Shown: positions 53,617 through 62,276 of the stretch, piece after piece | Position numbering within the stretch: position 1 is the first letter of the stretch | How the letters are laid out: each line of letters opens with the position of its first letter | NCBI GenBank assembly: GCA_037190465.1 | Contig: JBBCJF010000024.1 | Span: forward strand, 18,039 to 82,038 | Direction of reading: 5' to 3' | DNA from: Haloferula sp. | Lineage (GTDB): Bacteria > Verrucomicrobiota > Verrucomicrobiia > Verrucomicrobiales > Akkermansiaceae | DNA length: 64,000 bases | The notes under the pieces: model-generated | Told to the model about the DNA's origin: nothing | What the model saw: only the letters and a program-made list of their open reading frames with translations | The model's database searches: none | Program-made: the position numbers and the translations under genes

Positions 53617-56271
53617 ATGCAATCCCGCTTCCTCGCCGCGCTTGCCGTTTGCGGCACGCTCGGCGCCGCCACCCCGGTCGCTCTCTACGAATTCGACGAT
53701 GCCGCCCAGCTCGGCAAGGCGACCCTTGGCTCGGACCTCGTCATCGTCGGCTCCACGCCCGCGTACGCCGCCAGCGTGACCGACGGGCAGGCCAATCCCG
53801 CGACACTCAACGGCGTCATCACCACCATCCAGGGCACGGCCAATCACCTGCGCGTTCCCCACGGCATCGGCCCGAACGGCGGCGGCACGGATACCAACCA
53901 GTACACCCTGCTCTTCGACGTGCTCATCCCCGGCACCGGCCAGTGGCGGACCTTCTACCAAGCGAACCTCGCCAACAACAACGACGCCGAGTACTTCGTC
54001 CGCAACAGCGACAATGCCCTCGGCCGCAGCACCATCGGTTACTCCCCGCAAACCCTCCAGACCAACCGCTGGTACCGTCTGGCCATCTCCGTGGACCTCA
54101 CCAGCGGCGGCTTCTTTCGCACCTATCTCGACGGCGAACTTTTCCACAGCCATACCAAACCGGGCTTCAACGGCGAGTACTCGCTTAACCCCTCCCAGGT
54201 CATCCTCTTCGGCGACAACGACAACGAAAACCACCCGCTGCGCATCGGTCTGGCGGCCATTTACGACAAGGCGCTCGATGCCGCCGAAATCTCCGCCCTC
54301 GGCGGTCCGGGTCTCGCGATCCTCCCGAACCCCAGCAACAATCCGCCCGCCATGATCTTGCAGGAAGCCGGCCCCGCTACCGCGACCACCGGAACCTCGG
54401 AAGCATACACCTTCACCGCCGACGACGAAGACGGCGACCCCGTGCAAATCCAGGCCGACTGGGGCGACGGCACGCTTTCCCCTTGGAGCGGGCTCGCCGC
54501 GGCGGGCTCCCCGGTCGCGCTCTCCTATGCATGGTCCGCGCCCGGCGTCTTCACGATCAAGGCCCGGGCCCGGGACGCGCAGGGCTCCGTTTCGCCCTGG
54601 GTCGAGGTCCAGAGCGTGACCGTCACCGGCCCGCCCATCGTCGCCTTCTCCACCCCCCCCTACCTCCAGAACATGAGCCCCACCGGCATGACGGTGATGG
54701 CCGAGGTGGAGGATAACATCCCGCTGACCCTGCAGTACGGCACCACCACGGACTACGGCGCGAGCGCCGCATTCGAAGCCGTCGCCAGCGGCGGCGGCAC
54801 TTGGTTTATCCGCGCGGCGCTCTCCGGTTTGGAACCCGATACCCTCTACCATTACCGCCTCGCCTCCGTCGAAGGCGAGCCGGTGACCGAAGACGCGACC
54901 TTCCGCACCGCGCCTGTGGCGTGGAAGGACTTTACCTTCGGCGCGCTCGGCGACATCCAGACCACCAACGGCGGCTTCTGGACCGCCGACCCGTGGGAGC
55001 CGGCGAAAATCATGCTCCAGCACATGGCCGACCGCGGCGTCTCCTTCGGCCTCGGCCTCGGCGACCACGCGCAGGACGGCAACAGCTACACCGCCACGAA
55101 AAACTCCCACCTCAACCGCACCGCCCGTGTGCTCGGCACCCGCGTCCCCTTCTACATCGCCTGGGGCAATCACGACGGCAACAGCCCCACCCATCCGCTG
55201 CGCCTCTCCGCCGACATGCCGAGCCGCCACCGCACCGACACCTTCTCCACCCACACCAGCGGCTTCGGCAGCTTCAGCTTCGTCCACGCCGGCGTCTTCT
55301 TCGTCTGCCTGGAGCACTTCAGCGTCTTCACCGGCACCCACAGCTACATCAACAACGCGGCCAACAATGACGTCACCAACGGCTGGCTCGACGTCCAGCT
55401 CGCCTCGCCCGCGGCGCAGAACGCCCGCTTCCGCATCGTCGCCATCCACGTGCCGACCTATTGCGAACGCTGGATCGACGGCAATGCAGGCCTGCGCGCC
55501 CATCTCGCGCCTCGCCTGGAGCAATACGGCGTCGATCTTTGCCTGAGCGGCCACATGCACGGCTACGAACGTGGTCTCCACAACGGTGTGAACTACGTCA
55601 TCGCCGGCGGCGGCAGCTACCTCGACGCCAATGAACCGCTCGTCGCCAACTGGGGTCACCTCGGCGGCCACATCGACGTGCCCGGCATGTATCGCAAGCA
55701 AAGCTCGCCCGGCGTGCTCGGTCCGCCCGAACCGATCAAGGGCGGCATCTTCCACCACTACGCCGAGTTCACCGTGCGGGAAAACTACCTGCGCATGGAC
55801 ATCCACGGCTTCAATGCCGACGGCTCCTACATCGACATCCTCGACACCCTGGAACTCGGTGTCGATCCCGGTCCCGACAGCGACGGCGACGGCCTGCGCG
55901 ATCCCTGGGAAATCGCCAACGGCCTCGACCCGGGCGACCCTAACGGCATCAACGGCCCCGACGGCGATCTGGACGGCGACGGCCAGAGCAACCATGCCGA
56001 ATACCTCGCCGGCACTGCCGCGAACGATCCCAACTCCGTCTTCCGCGTCCTCGCCGGCAATGTCTCCGGGGAAGGCTGGGAAATCGTCTGGTCGAGCGTG
56101 CCCGGCAAGCGCTACCGCCTGCTGCTTTCCGACGATCTCGGCTCATGGGCTCCATTGCAGGACGGCGGGCAGGATCTCGTCATCGAGGCGTCCGCGGAAA
56201 CTACGACATCCCACGTACTACCCGTACCGTCGGAAGGTCGGGGATTCGTGAGAGTAGAGGTGGTCCCGTAA
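53617..56271 (+). CDS. Secreted LamG-like + PKD-like + purple-acid-phosphatase-type metallophosphoesterase protein with C-terminal TSP3-like repeats
   Basis: 884 aa with an ATG start. The N-terminal 330 aa are paralogous to the 50199-53381 protein. Metallophosphoesterase motifs are GDIQT, GDHAQDG, GNHD and GHMHGYER. TSP3-like text is DSDGDGLRDPWE..DLDGDGQSNHAEY. Confidence 0.85.
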   Translation: MQSRFLAALAVCGTLGAATPVALYEFDDAAQLGKATLGSDLVIVGSTPAYAASVTDGQANPATLNGVITTIQGTANHLRVPHGIGPNGGGTDTNQYTLLFDVLIPGTGQWRTFYQANLANNNDAEYFVRNSDNALGRSTIGYSPQTLQTNRWYRLAISVDLTSGGFFRTYLDGELFHSHTKPGFNGEYSLNPSQVILFGDNDNENHPLRIGLAAIYDKALDAAEISALGGPGLAILPNPSNNPPAMILQEAGPATATTGTSEAYTFTADDEDGDPVQIQADWGDGTLSPWSGLAAAGSPVALSYAWSAPGVFTIKARARDAQGSVSPWVEVQSVTVTGPPIVAFSTPPYLQNMSPTGMTVMAEVEDNIPLTLQYGTTTDYGASAAFEAVASGGGTWFIRAALSGLEPDTLYHYRLASVEGEPVTEDATFRTAPVAWKDFTFGALGDIQTTNGGFWTADPWEPAKIMLQHMADRGVSFGLGLGDHAQDGNSYTATKNSHLNRTARVLGTRVPFYIAWGNHDGNSPTHPLRLSADMPSRHRTDTFSTHTSGFGSFSFVHAGVFFVCLEHFSVFTGTHSYINNAANNDVTNGWLDVQLASPAAQNARFRIVAIHVPTYCERWIDGNAGLRAHLAPRLEQYGVDLCLSGHMHGYERGLHNGVNYVIAGGGSYLDANEPLVANWGHLGGHIDVPGMYRKQSSPGVLGPPEPIKGGIFHHYAEFTVRENYLRMDIHGFNADGSYIDILDTLELGVDPGPDSDGDGLRDPWEIANGLDPGDPNGINGPDGDLDGDGQSNHAEYLAGTAANDPNSVFRVLAGNVSGEGWEIVWSSVPGKRYRLLLSDDLGSWAPLQDGGQDLVIEASAETTTSHVLPVPSEGRGFVRVEVVP

Positions 56272-56729
56272 CCGGTATTGCCAGCCCTCGACGATGCGCT
56301 CGACCATCGCCAATCCTCCGGCCGTCCGCATAACCCGGCAGTGACGGGATTGGCCTCGATGTAGGCGACGACGCTCGCGAAGTGACGTTCATCGCGGATG
56401 TAGCGATCCCACGTCTCGCGCATCCAGAATCGCCTCCCGGGAACGCCGAGCCCCAGCTCGGCATTTCTCGCCAGCGCCCATCTCCCGGTGAAGGATTTCC
56501 AGGATTGCAGGATGACCGACAACGACGCCTTTGGCTCCAGCACGGCATGCACATGATTCGGCATCACACACCATGCGATCAGGCGGTAGCGGTCGCCGTC
56601 CCATTTCAGCATCGTCTCCTGCACGACCGCCGCCACCTGCGGATGGGCCAGAGCCCGGCAGCCCATGCCGGGGTTCAGCCACGCTTCGATCCGTTTCCGT
56701 TTTTCGACGGATGCACGGGATGGCTCCAT
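56112..56729 (-). CDS. IS200/IS605-type Y1 (HUH) transposase, RAYT-like; 5' end unresolved (frame open up to 56975)
   Basis: The HUH motif is WCVMPNHVHAVL. A Tyr helix region is VVAYIEANPVTAGL..WRWSS. The in-frame region upstream of the listed ATG encodes GWYSRGYLPHLNTPGILQSVTFRLADALP but has no start codon. See the findings. Confidence 0.75.
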   Translation of the reverse strand: MEPSRASVEKRKRIEAWLNPGMGCRALAHPQVAAVVQETMLKWDGDRYRLIAWCVMPNHVHAVLEPKASLSVILQSWKSFTGRWALARNAELGLGVPGRRFWMRETWDRYIRDERHFASVVAYIEANPVTAGLCGRPEDWRWSSASSRAGNTGYGTTSTLTNPRPSDGTGSTWDVVVSADASMTRSCPPSCNGAHEPRSSESSRR

Positions 56730-56865
56730 CCGGGAAAGCTCATCTTCCAGTAAAGCTAGTTTCGCTTGCGGAAGCGCATCGGCGAGGCGGAAGGTGACCG
56801 ATTGGAGAATGCCCGGCGTATTCAGGTGGGGAAGATAACCGCGGGAATACCAGCCGACGGGTCTG

Positions 56866-56928
56866 CCGGGAGTGCCGAACCCCAGCTCGGCCCTGCTCCC
56901 ATCCGCGCCAAGCTGGGCTTGGCGTTCC
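56866..56928. repeat. REP-like inverted hairpin pair at the 5' end of the RAYT-like gene
   Basis: CCGGGAGTGCCGAACCCCAGCTCGGC is at 56866-56891. GCCAAGC-TGG-GCTTGGCGTTCC is at 56907-56928 in the inverse orientation. The motif is the same as in the REPINs at 7.45, 44.96 and 63.64 kb. Confidence 0.7.
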
Positions 56929-56975
56929 TGAGGTTTCCTGTATTCGTTTCCTGTTCCATATATTTCCTCCCTTTT

Positions 56976-58025
56976 TCAAAACAACTCCCCCTGCCCCGGC
57001 AGCGCCCGGCGGAAGGCATCCGCGCTCAATTCCGGCGGCCGCGTCGCCAAGCCGAGCTTCCGGCAGACCGCGTGAAACAGCGCGTTCAACTGCCCCGCCG
57101 CCTCCCCCTCGCCCCGCATCCGGCGGCCGGGCGCCGTGCCGTTCAGTCGGCCGCCCCGAGCGGCGCGGATGCGGTCGAGGATCTTCTCTTTCCGGTCGGG
57201 AAAATTCCGGTCGAGCCACGACGAAAACACCTCCGCCACCGCACCCGGCAGACGGACCATCGTGTAGGCCGCGAAACTCGCGCCGGCCTCCTTCGCGGCG
57301 GCGAGGATGGCAGGCAGCTCGCTGTCGTTCAGGCCCGGAATCATCGGCGCGGCGCTGGGACCGACGGGCACCCCGGCATCGGCCAGCGCGCGCATCGCCT
57401 CCAGCCGCGCCCGCGGCGACGAGGCGCGTGGTTCCAGAATGCGCGCCAGCTTCGGATCGAGCGTGGTGACCGAAAGATAAACGCACACCGCCCGGTGCCG
57501 CGCGAGTTCGGCGAGATGGTCGATGTCGCGGGCGATCAGCGCGTTTTTGGTGATGATGGCGACCGGCTGGCGGAAGCGCGCCATCACCTCCAGACAGCCG
57601 CGGGTGATCCCGAGCTTGCGCTCGGCCGGCTGGTAGCAGTCGGTCACGCCGCTCATCGCGATCTTGCCCGGGCGGTAGGATGGCTTTGCCAATGCGGCTT
57701 CGAGCAGGCGCGGCGCGTCCTCCTTCACCACGATCTTCGATTCAAAATCCAGGCCGGCGGAAAAGCCGAGATACTCGTGGTAAGTACGGGCATAGCAGTA
57801 GGAACAGCCGTGTTCGCAGCCGCGATAGGGATTCAGGCCGAAGTCGAAGGAAAGATCCTCCGCCTTGTTCGGGCTGAGGATGGACTGCGAATCGTCGCGC
57901 AGGAAGACCGTCCGCAAGGGCCGCGGATCGTCGTCGATCCACGCGTCCTCGTCCGTCTCGACGCGCAGCGCCTCGAAACGATTGGCGGGATTTTCCCGGG
58001 CGCCGCGACCGCGATGCGGGTGCAT
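56976..58025 (-). CDS. PA0069-family radical SAM protein
   Basis: The N-terminus is MHPHRGRGARENPANRFE. The CX3CX2C motif is YRGCEHGCSYCYAR. The start is the ATG at 58025, since 58073 is TTG. Confidence 0.85.
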   Translation of the reverse strand: MHPHRGRGARENPANRFEALRVETDEDAWIDDDPRPLRTVFLRDDSQSILSPNKAEDLSFDFGLNPYRGCEHGCSYCYARTYHEYLGFSAGLDFESKIVVKEDAPRLLEAALAKPSYRPGKIAMSGVTDCYQPAERKLGITRGCLEVMARFRQPVAIITKNALIARDIDHLAELARHRAVCVYLSVTTLDPKLARILEPRASSPRARLEAMRALADAGVPVGPSAAPMIPGLNDSELPAILAAAKEAGASFAAYTMVRLPGAVAEVFSSWLDRNFPDRKEKILDRIRAARGGRLNGTAPGRRMRGEGEAAGQLNALFHAVCRKLGLATRPPELSADAFRRALPGQGELF

Positions 58026-58069
58026 GGAAGGAGCGTCGCCGGTCAGGACACGACGATCAAATAAAATGT

Positions 58070-58666
58070 TCAAAAGAACACTTCATTTCCGATATTGCGC
58101 TTCCAAATATGGGCTTCGACGTACGATCCCACCCACCGGCCTTGGGTACGGCAACGCTCGATTTCTTCCGGAATGGCGAGGCCCTCGTGCTCCGTGACCA
58201 GTTCCTGATGCGTGAACACACGTCCGAAGAATCCCTTGCTCCGGTAATCGGCCGGCAACTGATACCCGTACCGCGTCACGGGAGCGTCGAACAGGGAGAC
58301 CAGATGGGCGTGATCGGGGTACATGAAAGTGATCTCGCCGGGTCCGAAAGCGGAGAGGGGGAGTTCGATCTTCGTCCCGTCGCGGAACATGTTCAGCGTC
58401 CGGTCGAAGGTTCCGAGTGTCGCGTAATACGGGCGCCCTTCCGGCTTCCGCCCGAATTTCTCTTCGTACAACCGCATGAGCAGATCGTCGGCGCTCCGGC
58501 GGAACGCGAAGAAATCGGGACCTATCGCAAAGCGGTTGAATTCCGTGAGAGCGTCCTTTTCCTGCTCGATGAGAGCGGCGAGAGAGGATTCCGACAAATC
58601 GCAGACGTTGAGAAAAGGGCCGTAGTCCCTCTCGAAGTAATGCGTGATGTAGGAAGGAAGACCCAT
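58070..58666 (-). CDS. Hypothetical protein
   Basis: 198 aa from the internal ATG (MGLPSYITHYFERDYGPFLNV). It starts 8 nt after the MBL gene stop. I recognise no motif. The 276 upstream codons of the ORF-track entry overlap the MBL gene and are rejected. Confidence 0.5.
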   Translation of the reverse strand: MGLPSYITHYFERDYGPFLNVCDLSESSLAALIEQEKDALTEFNRFAIGPDFFAFRRSADDLLMRLYEEKFGRKPEGRPYYATLGTFDRTLNMFRDGTKIELPLSAFGPGEITFMYPDHAHLVSLFDAPVTRYGYQLPADYRSKGFFGRVFTHQELVTEHEGLAIPEEIERCRTQGRWVGSYVEAHIWKRNIGNEVFF

Positions 58667-58674
58667 CGGCCGGC

Positions 58675-59667
58675 TCAACGCCCCCAGCTCCAGCGCTCCT
58701 GCCACCAGCGGTAGCCGCCGCCTTCGGACACGATGTGTCCGAGGCCCGGCCAGGGAAGATGGAAGGCGTAGCAGCGGAGGCGCTTTTCGGCCGCTTCGGC
58801 CCAGTACTTTTTCCGGGTGACCACGGCGAGTTCGGGATCGTGGTCGAAAGCGATGTTCCACTCCGGATCGGCGAACATCAGCAGGTGATGATGCGCGAGG
58901 TCCATGACGTGAAGCAGCTCCTCGCCGCCGGAGCGGATGCGGAAGCAGGCGTGGCCGTTGGTGTGGCCGGGCGCGGCCTCGATGGTGACGAGCCCGTCGA
59001 GCACTTCGGTGCCGCCTTTCACGGGGCGGAGCAGATTCTGGAGCGCGTCGAAATGGCCGCGGACCTCGCGGATCATGCCGGGGATCTGGTTCTTGTCGCG
59101 CTTCGACTTGGAGAAGTCGGGATTTTCCCCGCGCCAGAAGCTCAGCTCGTCTTCGATGAGATAGAGAGGGGCGTTCGGAAAGACGGGTTTGCCCTGGTGG
59201 ACGAAGCCGTTGAGGTGGTCGGCGTGGGAGTGGCTGAGGAAGGTGGCGGTGACATCCTCCGCCGTGATGCCGATGGAGGCGAGACCGTCCATGAGCCAGC
59301 CCATTTCCGGGTTGTTGCCCCTGCCGAAACCGGCGTCGAAGAGGGCGACCTCCTTGCCGGAGCGGACGACGAGAATATTGACGTAGAGCGGGATGGTATC
59401 GAGGCGTTCGCCGTGGCGGATCATTTCCTCCTTCATCTTCGGGCGCTCCTCCACGGGCCACATCAGGTCCAAGCCCTCGCGGAAGCCGAGGTTGCAATCG
59501 CTGATGGAAAAAGCCTCCGCCTCGCCGATGCGGAAGCGGTAAATGTAGGGATTGCGGCCGGGCGCAGCGGAAGCGGGCGATTGCGCGGAGGCGCGGGTTC
59601 CAAGCGCGGCCATACCGGCCAAGGCGGCGCCGACGAAGCCGCGGCGGGTAGTATCCATCGAACTCAT
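58675..59667 (-). CDS. MBL-fold metallo-hydrolase with a Tat signal
   Basis: The leader is MSSMDTTRRGFVGAALAGMAALGTRASA. The metal-binding motif is LSHSHADHLNG, with later HTNGH and DLAHH. Confidence 0.85.
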   Translation of the reverse strand: MSSMDTTRRGFVGAALAGMAALGTRASAQSPASAAPGRNPYIYRFRIGEAEAFSISDCNLGFREGLDLMWPVEERPKMKEEMIRHGERLDTIPLYVNILVVRSGKEVALFDAGFGRGNNPEMGWLMDGLASIGITAEDVTATFLSHSHADHLNGFVHQGKPVFPNAPLYLIEDELSFWRGENPDFSKSKRDKNQIPGMIREVRGHFDALQNLLRPVKGGTEVLDGLVTIEAAPGHTNGHACFRIRSGGEELLHVMDLAHHHLLMFADPEWNIAFDHDPELAVVTRKKYWAEAAEKRLRCYAFHLPWPGLGHIVSEGGGYRWWQERWSWGR

Positions 59668-59784
59668 GGGCGGAAGCTACGCGGAATGAAGCCGGGTTTC
59701 ATCAGCGAAACCGGCGAGCTGCGTCAGCAGCGACGGAAAAAGTCCCGATGAATGATCTTCCCGCCTGCAAGGAGCGGCTGCACC

Positions 59785-60558
59785 TCATTTTCCCGCCGCG
59801 AGACCGGCATCGAGATCGACCTTGAGGGTCTTTTCTTCCAGGCCGGTCCAGATTTCCAACGCCACGATGAGTTCGGTGTGCGCCTCTTCGAACGAGAACA
59901 CGACTTCTCCCGATCCCCGGCCGCCGAAACTCATCCAGCTCGATCCCCGCCGGCCGGATTCCACCGGCTCGCCGTCCTTGGTGTAAAACCGGATGCCTGC
60001 GAAATTGTCCATCTTGCGGTTAGTCGATAAGGCGATCTCAAAGGGATCGTCGCCGAAGTCCGGCTTGCCGGAGGATTTCACCTTCAGGGCCGGCATGTCC
60101 TTCTTGTCCGCGGGAAATTTGATTTCCACCCCCTCGCTGGTGGCAAAGGGTTCGCTGCGGATCTCCTCCTTGCCGGCGGCGAAGCTGACGGGGATCTCTC
60201 CGGCGATTTTCACCGTGCCGTCCGCGGCGATCTTCACTTCCTCCTTGGTGTCGAATTCCAGCCGCAGGGCGCGGCGGTCCTTCGAGAACGCCGTATTGCC
60301 GAAAAAGCGGGACTCCGCCTTCACGCCGCCGATGGTGAGCGAAACTTTGTCTTCATCGATGCCCACCATCTCCTTGTCTCCGCTGCGGACGATGAGCGCG
60401 ACCTTGCGGCCCTTCTCTGCGTTGAAGGTCCTGAAACCGTCGAAGTCTTCGCCGCCGTCGTCGAACACCGCCTGGATGCCCGCAAGCGTCACCACCGGCT
60501 CGGCAGAGGAGGCGGCAAAGGGGAGCGCGAGGACGAAGGGAAGGAGAATGGCTTTCAT
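59785..60558 (-). CDS. Hypothetical secreted beta-rich protein
   Basis: 257 aa with an ATG start. The signal peptide is MKAILLPFVLALPFAASSA. I recognise no motif. Confidence 0.55.
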   Translation of the reverse strand: MKAILLPFVLALPFAASSAEPVVTLAGIQAVFDDGGEDFDGFRTFNAEKGRKVALIVRSGDKEMVGIDEDKVSLTIGGVKAESRFFGNTAFSKDRRALRLEFDTKEEVKIAADGTVKIAGEIPVSFAAGKEEIRSEPFATSEGVEIKFPADKKDMPALKVKSSGKPDFGDDPFEIALSTNRKMDNFAGIRFYTKDGEPVESGRRGSSWMSFGGRGSGEVVFSFEEAHTELIVALEIWTGLEEKTLKVDLDAGLAAGK

Positions 60559-60724
60559 CGGAGCGGGATGGTGAAAGGAAAAGGACGAAGGGTCGATGCG
60601 GAAAACGCGGTGGGACCGCTCGTGCTAAAATCCCTTCAGGCCGCCTGCCTGAAATCGTCGGAAATTCTTCGGAGAGCTCCAATTAAAGATGGAATTTTGT
60701 CTGCTAATCGCCAATAATCACTAT

Positions 60725-61057
60725 ATGGACAAAATAACAGCTATTAAATTCCGCAATCCGGTTCAGCTGATCCGGCTCATTGGCGGGCGTCTGCGCGAAG
60801 CGCGGCTGGCGCGGGGCTGGACGCAGGAGGAGGTGGCGGAGCGGGCCGGGGTGGCGCTTTCCACATTGAAGCTGCTGGAGGCCAAGGGGCAGGGATCGCT
60901 CCAGCGGCTGGCGCGGGTGGCGGTGGTGCTGGGGCTGGATGGCGACCTGCGCGAACTCTTCGCCCGGCCTGCCGCCGCGGCGGAGTCGATCGAAGCGGCG
61001 AAGCGCACCGAGCGGCGCCGCGCGCCGAGGAGAAAGAAGGACGGTCATGGAGCTTGA
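60725..61057 (+). CDS. hipB: XRE-family HTH antitoxin (HipB-like)
   Basis: The HTH region is LIGGRLREARLARGWTQEEVAERAGVALSTLKLLEAKG. It overlaps the hipA start by 11 nt. Confidence 0.8.
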   Translation: MDKITAIKFRNPVQLIRLIGGRLREARLARGWTQEEVAERAGVALSTLKLLEAKGQGSLQRLARVAVVLGLDGDLRELFARPAAAAESIEAAKRTERRRAPRRKKDGHGA

Positions 61058-62252
61058 AGTCGGATACCATGGCGAAGCGGTCGGCCGTCTTTATCAGGAC
61101 GGGCGCGGCCGGGTGCTTTTCGAATACGATGCGGATTGGCGGAGCGGCGCGCGCGAACTGTCGCCGCTTTACCTGCCCAATTCGACGACGGGCGCGGTGA
61201 GTTCGCCGACGCCGGGATTCGGTCCCTTGTTCGGACTTTTCCAGGATGCTCTGCCCGACTGGTGGGGGGAGCAGATGATGCGGCAGCGTTTCGAGGAGGC
61301 GGGCATCCCATGGAACAAGGTCACCGCTTTGCACAAGCTTGCGTGCCAGGGCGACCGCAAGATGGGGGCGCTGGTGTTCACGCCGTTGATGGAGGAGTCG
61401 AGTTTCGCGGACAGCCTGCTGGTGGAGCTCGGCGCGCTGGTCGAAGCGGCGCGCGCGGCGATCCGGGGCGAGGGCGGCGAGGTGCTGGACCAGCTCGTCC
61501 GCTCCGGCATTTCCCCCGGCGGCGCCCGTCCCAAGGCGCTGCTGTGGCTGTCGGGCGACGGCAGGGAACTTCACCTCGAAGAAGGACCGGGCCGCGAGGC
61601 ATGGCTGGTGAAGTTCGACGTCGATCCCGACCGGCACGAGGGCCGGATCGAGCGGGCCTACATGAGCATGGCCGCGGCGGCCGGGATCGAGGTGCCGGAG
61701 ACGCGTCTCGTCGAAGCGGGGGGCGGCTGCCATTTGCTCGTCCGGCGCTTCGACCGCGGAAGCGGGGGAGAGCGGATTCATTTCCATTCGTTCTCCGGCC
61801 TGACCCACACGCCGGTGCGCGACGGGCTCGACTATGACGACCTGATGGACCTTGCCCGCGGGCTCACCGGGGACCATCGCGCGGTGGAGCAGGTGTTCCG
61901 CCGCACGGTCTTCAACGTGATGGCCGGGAACGACGACGACCATGGGCGCAATCACGCCTTTCTGATGGCGGACGACGGGACGTGGCGGCTTTCGCCGGCC
62001 TTCGACCTCACGTTCGCCACCAATCCGCTGAGTTCGGGAGCCCGGGCGGGCCGGGTCATGGGGAAATCGATGAACGTCACCCGCGACGACCTGATCCGCC
62101 TGGGCGAAGGGCAGGACGTGAGGCGCATCGGAGAAGCGATCGCGGAGGTGCGGGATGCCGCGGCGCGCTGGCCGGAATTCGCCGCGGAAGCCGGGCTGCC
62201 GAAGGGCGAGGCCGCTTCGATCCATGCCCAGCTCCGGCAGCTTGAGGTCTGA
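61047..62252 (+). CDS. hipA: Type II toxin HipA (serine/threonine kinase)
   Basis: The N-terminal coupling domain reads VGRLYQDGRGRVLFEYDADW..LSPLYLP. The kinase core includes ISPGGARPKAL..WLVKF and the catalytic loop GNDDDHGRNHAF..LSPAFDL. Confidence 0.9.
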   Translation: MELEVGYHGEAVGRLYQDGRGRVLFEYDADWRSGARELSPLYLPNSTTGAVSSPTPGFGPLFGLFQDALPDWWGEQMMRQRFEEAGIPWNKVTALHKLACQGDRKMGALVFTPLMEESSFADSLLVELGALVEAARAAIRGEGGEVLDQLVRSGISPGGARPKALLWLSGDGRELHLEEGPGREAWLVKFDVDPDRHEGRIERAYMSMAAAAGIEVPETRLVEAGGGCHLLVRRFDRGSGGERIHFHSFSGLTHTPVRDGLDYDDLMDLARGLTGDHRAVEQVFRRTVFNVMAGNDDDHGRNHAFLMADDGTWRLSPAFDLTFATNPLSSGARAGRVMGKSMNVTRDDLIRLGEGQDVRRIGEAIAEVRDAAARWPEFAAEAGLPKGEAASIHAQLRQLEV

Positions 62253-62276
62253 CGCCGCTTCGCGGCGGGATTTTCC

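Noticed and set aside
53518-55995. An 825-aa minus-strand ORF opposite the LamG/metallophosphoesterase gene.
   Set aside because: The plus-strand product has clear domain motifs (GNHD, GHMHGYER, PKD-like). The antisense product is a low-complexity artefact.
56112-56271. A 160-nt overlap between the 3' end of the RAYT-like ORF and the 3' end of the convergent 884-aa gene, which could suggest a mis-called stop.
   Set aside because: I saw no in-frame stop earlier in the RAYT frame. The non-conserved 58-aa tail after WRWSS is most simply a GC-driven extension. I kept the track coordinates and flag the uncertainty.
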